NCBI GenBank assembly: GCA_963818965.1
Contig: CAWFUG010000011.1
Span: forward strand, 368,724-432,723
Length of the DNA: 64,000 nt
Reading direction: 5' to 3'
Source of the DNA: an uncultured Verrucomicrobiae bacterium
Lineage (GTDB): Bacteria; Chlamydiota; Chlamydiia; Chlamydiales; Rhabdochlamydiaceae
Of the stretch, positions 57,450 to 64,000 are shown in pieces (positions within the stretch are counted from its first letter, which is position 1; every line of letters begins with the position of its first letter). Below the pieces are notes generated by a model that was not told the origin of the DNA, searched no databases, and was given only the letters and a program-made list of their open reading frames with translations. The translations under genes were made by a program, and so were the position numbers.

Positions 57450-59979
57450 ATGTTCGACAAGTTCACCAATCGCGCTAAACAGGTCATCAAACTGGCAAAA
57501 AAAGAGGCTCAACGCCTCAACCACAACTACTTAGGGACAGAACACGTCCTTCTAGGACTTCTCAAGCTCGGCCAGGGAATCGCCGTTAACGTCTTGAGAA
57601 ACTTCAACTTAGACTATGAAGTCATCCGGGCAGAGATCGAGAGACTCATCGGATTTGGCCCAGAAATTCAGGTCTACGGAGACCCTGCCCTCACGGGAAA
57701 AGTTAAAAAAGTATTTGAATTTGCCAACGAAGAGGCGGCGAACCTCAACCATAACTACGTCGGGACAGAGCACCTCCTTCTCGCTCTCCTACGCCAAGCG
57801 GACGGGGTCGCGGCACAAGTCCTCGAAAATCTCAATATCAACCTCAAAGACATCCGCAAAGAGATCTTAAGGGAGCTCGAGACATTTAACTTACAACTGC
57901 CTCCCATGGGCATCTCGGGACCCGGCACCTCCTCTCTCTTCTACACCCAAATCTCCCGACAAGGACCGCTTCACTTCCCGATAAGACACCTGCCCTAAAA
58001 GCGTATGGACATGACCTGACAGAATTGTGCCGCGAAGGAAAATTGGATCCCGTCATCGGACGGAAAGAAGAGGTCGAACGGCTCATCTTAATTCTCTGCC
58101 GCAGAAGAAAGAACAACCCCGTTCTCATCGGAGAAGCAGGTGTCGGAAAAACAGCGATCGTAGAAGGTCTAGCTCAAGCCATCGTCAAAGGAGAAGTCCC
58201 CGATCATCTCGCGAAAAAAAGGCTGATCGCACTCGATCTCACCTTAATGATCGCAGGGACCAAATACCGGGGTCAATTCGAGGAGCGGATCAAAGCCGTC
58301 ATGGATGAGGTGAAGAAGAACGGAAATATCCTCCTCTTCATCGATGAGCTCCACACCATCGTCGGAGCCGGCGCCGCAGAAGGCGCAATCGACGCCTCAA
58401 ACATCCTCAAACCCGCCCTCTCCCGTGGAGAGATCCAGTGTATCGGTGCCACTACCATAGACGAATACCGCAAACACATCGAGAAGGACGCTGCACTCGA
58501 GCGACGCTTTCAGAAGATCACTCGTCGCGCCCCCCTCCCCAGAAGAAACTCTCTCGATCCTTCAAGGACTAAAAACCAAATACGAAGAACACCACAAGTG
58601 TATCTACACAGAATCGGCCCTTAAAGCGGCAGTCTACCTTTCTGACCGTTACATCACCGGGAGATTTTTGCCCGATAAAGCAATCGATCTACTCGACGAA
58701 GCCGGAGCAAAGGCACGCATCGCCATGATGCACCAGCCCCAGGATATCACCAGCGCAGAGACAGAGATCGAAAAATTGCGCTCTTCTAAAGAAGAGGCAA
58801 TCACAAAACAAGATTACGAAACGGCGGCAAAATACCGAGATGAAGAGAAGTCACTGAGAGACCACCTCCAGCAGATTCTCTCGGAGTGGGAAAAAAACAA
58901 AGACGAGCACCAAGTCATCGTCGATGAGGAAGAGGTCGCTCACATCATCGCCAAGCAAACAGGCATCCCCCTGACCCGCTTGACAGAAGGAGAGACGAGC
59001 AAAGTCCTTAAAATGGAAGAAGCGCTTAAACACACGATCATCGGCCAAGACGATGCGGTTAGCATCGTTTGCCGAGCGATCCGCCGCAGCCGCGCAGATA
59101 TCAAAGACCCCAATCGCCCCATCGGCGCGTTCCTTTTCTTAGGCCCAACTGGCGTCGGAAAAACACTTCTTGCCAAACAGCTCGCGATCCAATATGTTCG
59201 GCGGCGAAGATGCTCTGATCCAAGTCGACATGTCGGAATACATGGAGAAATTTGCGATCAGTCGGATGACGGGATCGCCTCCTGGCTATGTCGGTCACGA
59301 AGAAGGGGGACAGCTCACGGAACGCGTGCGGCAACGCCCCTACTGCGTCGTACTCTTCGATGAAGTGGAAAAAGCACATCCTGATGTCATGAACCTCTTG
59401 TTGCAGATTTTGGAAGAGGGTCGATTGACCGATTCCTTCGGACGCAAGATCGATTTCCGCAATACGATCATCATCATGACCTCGAATGTAGGCGCTGATT
59501 TGATCCGCAGATCCTCTGAGATGGGGTTTGGCGCACAAGAAGGACTCCCCGACTTCAAGACGATGGAAGAAAAGATCCTCGGTTCCGTCAAAAAGACCTT
59601 CAAACCAGAGTTCATCAACCGACTCGATGGAGTCATCATCTTTAGACCCCTCGATCGGATCCGCCTCTTCCAAGTGATCAATCTCGAGATCAAAAAAATC
59701 ACCGCACGCTTGAAGCGCAAGAAGATCCATATCTCGCTCGATGAAAAGGCCAAAGAATTCCTCGTCACAAAAGGATTCCAACCCGAAATGGGAGCGCGTC
59801 CTTTGCGCCGCGTCATCGAGCAATACCTCGAAGATCCGCTCGCCGAACAACTCCTGCTCCATCCCGGAAAAGGAGGCAGCTGGCATGTCTCAGCAAATGA
59901 AGAAAAACTCACGTTCGCAGAAAGCGAACCGAGCGAAGAGCATGAGCACGCTGCTGAATTAACGGGCCCTCCAGCTTAA
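57450..59979 (+). CDS. clpC: ATP-dependent Clp protease ATPase ClpC, broken by several single-base insertions
   Basis: Double Clp-N repeats, [11 protein letters not shown]-like middle domain, GPTGVGKT and GSPPGYVG spread over four ORFs. Extra bases at ~57935-57965, 58520 and 59190. Confidence 0.93.
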
Positions 59980-60006
59980 CAACTTCTTTCCACCACTTTT
60001 TTTCTT

Positions 60007-60029
60007 AAGGCTCCTCTTATAGGAGCCTT
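60007..60029 (+). terminator. Hairpin after clpC
   Basis: AAGGCTCCT-CTTAT-AGGAGCCTT. Confidence 0.5.
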
Positions 60030-60111
60030 GCGCTATTTTTTGGAATTTCACTTGCTTAAAATTTCTTAAAAAAAGTACAACTGGGAAAAACGAATTTCTC
60101 GAGGTGGTCGA

Positions 60112-61299
60112 ATGAGCTCCTTCCCAAACAAGAAAACTGCATTTGCACTTTCCCTCTCTCTTTGTGTCACTCTATTTTCTCATGCTGATGAGATGGATTC
60201 ACGCCTTTCTTCTCTCGAAGGGAGAATGGGCGCTGTCAAAGTGAAGACAGCTAAGGGAACAGTCGGTGCTAAAATGGCCACAGCACGTCCGCTGACGGAT
60301 GGTTACGGATTCTTCGGTACAGCGGAAGTCTTATTCTGGCACCTCCAAGAATCGGGCACAGATTTTGTCCTGAAAGACAACTCAACTGTTTTCAACACTC
60401 CCTTCGTGAATAACGTCCCTCTCCCCCTTCCCGGTTTTGTCAAAGGGGAATCGAAAAAGGTCCACTTCGATTGGGATTTCGGCTACCGTCTCGGTGCCGG
60501 CTATCTGTTTGAGCACGATGAGTGGGATGTCAATCTCTCATTCACTTCCTTTCTAACAAGTGGCTATAGAAAGACACGCACTAATGGTCCTTTAGATTTT
60601 ACGGTTCCTCTCGGTGCTGCCATGGGGAAAGGAATTTTGTATCCTCAATTCGGTTCGACACTAGTACCTGGCACGACTATTCCTTTTGCCTTTAGCCAAA
60701 AAGCGCGCGCGCGTTGGAATGTCGATTATTACGTTCTAGATCTCGAACTGGGGCGCAACTTTTTCGTCAGCAAATTTTTAGCCATGCGCCCTCTTTTTGG
60801 ATTAGAGACGGCATGGATCGACCAAGACGCAACACTCATCTATCGGCTCTTTTCCATTGTAAATTTCCCTCAAAGGCATTTCATCGTTAAGGAGAAGAAT
60901 GATTTTTGGGGAATCGGACCCCAGATCGGTGTAGATACGATGTGGTATTTGGGACGCCATTTTTCCCTTTTAGGAAATATTAAAGGCGCTCTTCTTTGGG
61001 GCGATTTCGATGTGAGTGAAAAAGAAAAGTTCACTGGTCCTAGTGGATTTAAATTCACAAATGCAAAAGGGAACTTCAATGCCATCGTCGCCAACATCAA
61101 GACCACTTTCGGTGCACAATGGGAGATGAATTTTAATGAAAATTGCAATCACATTGCGATTAAGCTAGGCTATGAGTTTCAGTATTGGTGGAATCAGAAC
61201 CAAATATTAGTCATGAACACAGAGCTACCATTTTATCAGAGAGCAGGTGTAGGGCTATCCATCAATGGCGTAACTTTAGAGATGCGCGTAGATTTTTAA
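60112..61299 (+). CDS. MOMP-like (Legionella Lpg1974-type) outer-membrane porin 1
   Basis: Signal peptide, FDWDFGYRLGAGY, LDLELGRNFFVS, FWGIGP and GYEFQYWWNQNQ motifs; ends RVDF. Confidence 0.8.
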   Translation: MSSFPNKKTAFALSLSLCVTLFSHADEMDSRLSSLEGRMGAVKVKTAKGTVGAKMATARPLTDGYGFFGTAEVLFWHLQESGTDFVLKDNSTVFNTPFVNNVPLPLPGFVKGESKKVHFDWDFGYRLGAGYLFEHDEWDVNLSFTSFLTSGYRKTRTNGPLDFTVPLGAAMGKGILYPQFGSTLVPGTTIPFAFSQKARARWNVDYYVLDLELGRNFFVSKFLAMRPLFGLETAWIDQDATLIYRLFSIVNFPQRHFIVKEKNDFWGIGPQIGVDTMWYLGRHFSLLGNIKGALLWGDFDVSEKEKFTGPSGFKFTNAKGNFNAIVANIKTTFGAQWEMNFNENCNHIAIKLGYEFQYWWNQNQILVMNTELPFYQRAGVGLSINGVTLEMRVDF

Positions 61300-61367
61300 A
61301 GCCATTTTTTGGAATAGGGTAACTACTGATTGTGAAAAAAGTTTCTATGGATGTATCGAGGTTAAAG

Positions 61368-62468
61368 ATGAAAAAAGAATTATTTCCGTTGCTACTTTTG
61401 TGGACAGCGGGAGCGCATGCCACTTCCCCTTCTTCGACAGTCGCAACCTCTGACACCGATTCTAGGGTTTCGATCTTAGAAGCGCAGATGAATGAAGTCA
61501 GCACCCGAACAGTACACGGAAATTTCGGAGCAAAAACAGCCTCCGCATCTCCCCGCATTCTCGGAGATGATTGGTTCTTGACAGCAGATATGCTCTGGTG
61601 GCATGTCGACACAAGTGGAAGTAAATACTGCCTGCTCGATGAAACACCACCAGGTGCACCAGACAGCAAAGGCACCTACCGAACCCTTAAGTTTAAATGG
61701 AATTATGGATTTCGAGCAGGCGTTGGAACGACATTTAATCACGATCGCTGGGACCTCTATCTCAATTACACCTGGTTTCGCGCTGATAACTCGTCAGCGA
61801 CTTCTTTACACGGTGGGTTCGGCATTATCCCAGATAGTCAAGTCCTAATCAATCAACGCCTTGGAAATGCCGCAGAGCAATCGAAGATCCATTGGAGTAT
61901 TCATTTCCAGACTCTCGATCTCAATTTGGGCAGAAATTATTTTATCAGTCCCAAGGTGGCTTTTCATCCTTTCTTCGGGATCAAAACAGCTTGGATCGAC
62001 CAAAAGGTACGAAGTTCTAACAAGCTCTTTTTCCCAGTGATCACGCACTCTCACACAAAAACGAAAAACGATTTTTGGGGCATTGGCCCAGATCTCGGTA
62101 TCGAAGGAAAGTGGTTCCTCAATTATGGATTTAATCTATTTGGCTCCATCGCAAGTGCGCTCCTTTGGGGAGATTTTGATGTGCGTCAGAAACAGCACAC
62201 CTCTAATCCTTCCACACCTATTAATGATATCGACTTCGACAAGCACGCTGTCAGTCCGATGACACAGATGCAAATCGGTATCGGTTATGAGACGAATTTT
62301 TGTGATAATCAATACCACATTGCGGTCAATGCGCGCTATGAGCAACAATACTGGTGGGCTCAAAACCAGATACCTGATTACGTGCTCCTCAATACCTATG
62401 AATTCATGAGGGTTTTTGGAGATTTAAGTTTTCAAGGCCTCACCATCGACGTGAGATTTGATTTTTAA
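61368..62468 (+). CDS. MOMP-like outer-membrane porin 2
   Basis: Same motifs (LDLNLGRNYFIS, FWGIGP, YEQQYWWAQNQ); ends RFDF; GAGG RBS before 61368. Confidence 0.8.
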   Translation: MKKELFPLLLLWTAGAHATSPSSTVATSDTDSRVSILEAQMNEVSTRTVHGNFGAKTASASPRILGDDWFLTADMLWWHVDTSGSKYCLLDETPPGAPDSKGTYRTLKFKWNYGFRAGVGTTFNHDRWDLYLNYTWFRADNSSATSLHGGFGIIPDSQVLINQRLGNAAEQSKIHWSIHFQTLDLNLGRNYFISPKVAFHPFFGIKTAWIDQKVRSSNKLFFPVITHSHTKTKNDFWGIGPDLGIEGKWFLNYGFNLFGSIASALLWGDFDVRQKQHTSNPSTPINDIDFDKHAVSPMTQMQIGIGYETNFCDNQYHIAVNARYEQQYWWAQNQIPDYVLLNTYEFMRVFGDLSFQGLTIDVRFDF

Positions 62469-62483
62469 TCGGCAAAGAGGTGA

Positions 62484-63560
62484 ATGATGAACCTGCGTTT
62501 TATGAAATGGATCCCCTTTACCCTTAGTATCACGTGTGCCATGGTACAAGGACATTGTGAAAGTGATCTGAACTCCCGCGTCAGCCGGTTAGAAACCGAC
62601 ATGAAAAAAGTCCGCGGCCAGACCGCTTATGATAACTTCGGAGCCAAGACTGCGCTCGCTTGTCCTCAAATCGACGGTTTTGGATTTTTCATCACGGGTG
62701 AATTTCTATGGTGGAAACTCTACGAATTCGATAGTGACTTTGTATTTAGCCAAAAACCCAGCTCTACTCTCTTTAAGGGCAATGTCCACGGGATGAATTT
62801 TCATTGGGATCCGGGATTCCGGATAGGTCTCGGCTATGTCTTTGATTATGATGGATGGGATCTATTCGCTAACTTCACCGATTACGAAACCCGCGCTGAC
62901 AAGAGAAAGAAAGCGCATGAAGGGGGAGCTCTTTTTCCCTTATGGGGAGAATTCATCACATCCCCACCACTGGAGGAAATGCACGCAAAGTGGCACGTGC
63001 ACTTTTATGAACTCGATCTCCTGTTGGGTCGCAATTATTTCGTCAGCAAATATTTAAGCCTTCATCCTTTCTGTGGTTTGACTTTTGCATGGATCCGTCA
63101 AAACCGCAAGGCTAGGATGCAGAGCGATGTGGCAAAATATGCCATCCATGAAAAAAATAATTTCCGAGGAGTGGGAACGCGGATTGGTGTCGATACCCAA
63201 TTTTTCTTGGGAAGGCACTTCAGTCTTTATGCAGGCGCTTCTGGCGCTCTTCTTTGGGGAAATTTCAGCGTGAGAGAAAAAGAGACCGTAACCCCTGCTA
63301 CAACTACCGGCTTTCACGATAACACCGTCCATGTACACCGGATGATACCCAACGTAGATGTCGATCTAGGGATCGCCTATGAGACAAACTTCAATGCCCA
63401 CAGAAATCACCTCTGTATCAAAGTCGGCTATGAAAATCAATACTGGTGGAACCAGAACCAAATTGTCCCTTTCATCACTCCGCCTAACGCCGCATCACAC
63501 GCCCTCTTACAAGATTTAGCGATGCACGGCCTTACACTCGATGTCCGCGTCGACTTCTAA
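62484..63560 (+). CDS. MOMP-like outer-membrane porin 3
   Basis: WDPGFRIGLGY, LDLLLGRNYFVS and GYENQYWWNQNQ motifs; ends RVDF. Confidence 0.8.
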   Translation: MMNLRFMKWIPFTLSITCAMVQGHCESDLNSRVSRLETDMKKVRGQTAYDNFGAKTALACPQIDGFGFFITGEFLWWKLYEFDSDFVFSQKPSSTLFKGNVHGMNFHWDPGFRIGLGYVFDYDGWDLFANFTDYETRADKRKKAHEGGALFPLWGEFITSPPLEEMHAKWHVHFYELDLLLGRNYFVSKYLSLHPFCGLTFAWIRQNRKARMQSDVAKYAIHEKNNFRGVGTRIGVDTQFFLGRHFSLYAGASGALLWGNFSVREKETVTPATTTGFHDNTVHVHRMIPNVDVDLGIAYETNFNAHRNHLCIKVGYENQYWWNQNQIVPFITPPNAASHALLQDLAMHGLTLDVRVDF

Positions 63561-63601
63561 AGTACTCTTCCGCCTGGGTCTCCCCAGGCGGATATATCCC
63601 C

Positions 63602-63742
63602 CTAAAATCTCATCATGATTCCCATGATTCCTATGATGATCAGGTAGATCGCTACCACGAAATTTAAAATTTGCGGGAAAATTAAAATTAAAATTCCAGC
63701 AATTAAAGAAACAACTGGACCTGCAATCGGATGTATTACCAT
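63602..63742 (-). CDS. 46-aa membrane peptide, DUF3096-like (absent from the ORF track)
   Basis: Hand translation MVIHPIAGPVVSLIAGILILIFPQILNFVVAIYLIIIGIMGIMMRF*; AGGAG RBS. Confidence 0.75.
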   Translation of the reverse strand: MVIHPIAGPVVSLIAGILILIFPQILNFVVAIYLIIIGIMGIMMRF

Positions 63743-63786
63743 AAATCCCTACTCCTAACATTTGTTACGACAATAACAACTCATAA

Positions 63787-64000
<214 letters not shown>

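Noticed and set aside
57450..59979. Programmed frameshifting or a naturally split ClpC
   Set aside because: Breaks fall inside the AAA domains at non-slippery sites; sequencing error is simpler.
63516..63761. 81-aa minus-strand ORF in the track
   Set aside because: An alternate frame of the better-supported 46-aa membrane peptide, and it overlaps porin 3.

Overview
Chromosomal segment of a Chlamydiota bacterium, probably an environmental, Simkania/Rhabdochlamydia-like lineage (inferred from Npt1, YtgCR, DdbA, CT273/CT274-like genes and Legionella-type porins). The housekeeping backbone follows Chlamydia gene order: hrcA-grpE-dnaK; rseP-dxr-ytgDCBA/ddbA-npt1-lepA-gnd; amiA-murE-ftsI-ftsL-rsmH-mraZ/CT273-CT274-dnaA; gcvH-CT283-like-proS-lplA-clpC-mnmA; plus tRNA-Arg(CCT). 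Accessory DNA sits between these blocks. (1) A 12.3-kb tandem array of six paralogous effector-like genes that share an unrecognised ~140-aa N-terminal module and carry variable C-terminal parts; one part is a complete eukaryotic-type USP deubiquitinase domain. (2) Two F-box/LRR proteins and three tandem MOMP-like porins. (3) At least three families of short non-coding palindromic elements. The most striking family is bounded by TA|TACC...GGTA|TA (7 copies, 26-166 bp). Its stems differ between copies but are perfectly self-complementary within the long copies, while the internal mismatched motifs and the 17-nt apex are conserved. One copy is inserted in frame in a methyltransferase gene, and another has extended the C-terminus of a GH3 enzyme. 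Single-base indels in clpC, rsmH and a BclA-like gene look like assembly errors. All product calls are from recognising motifs by eye; no searches were run.
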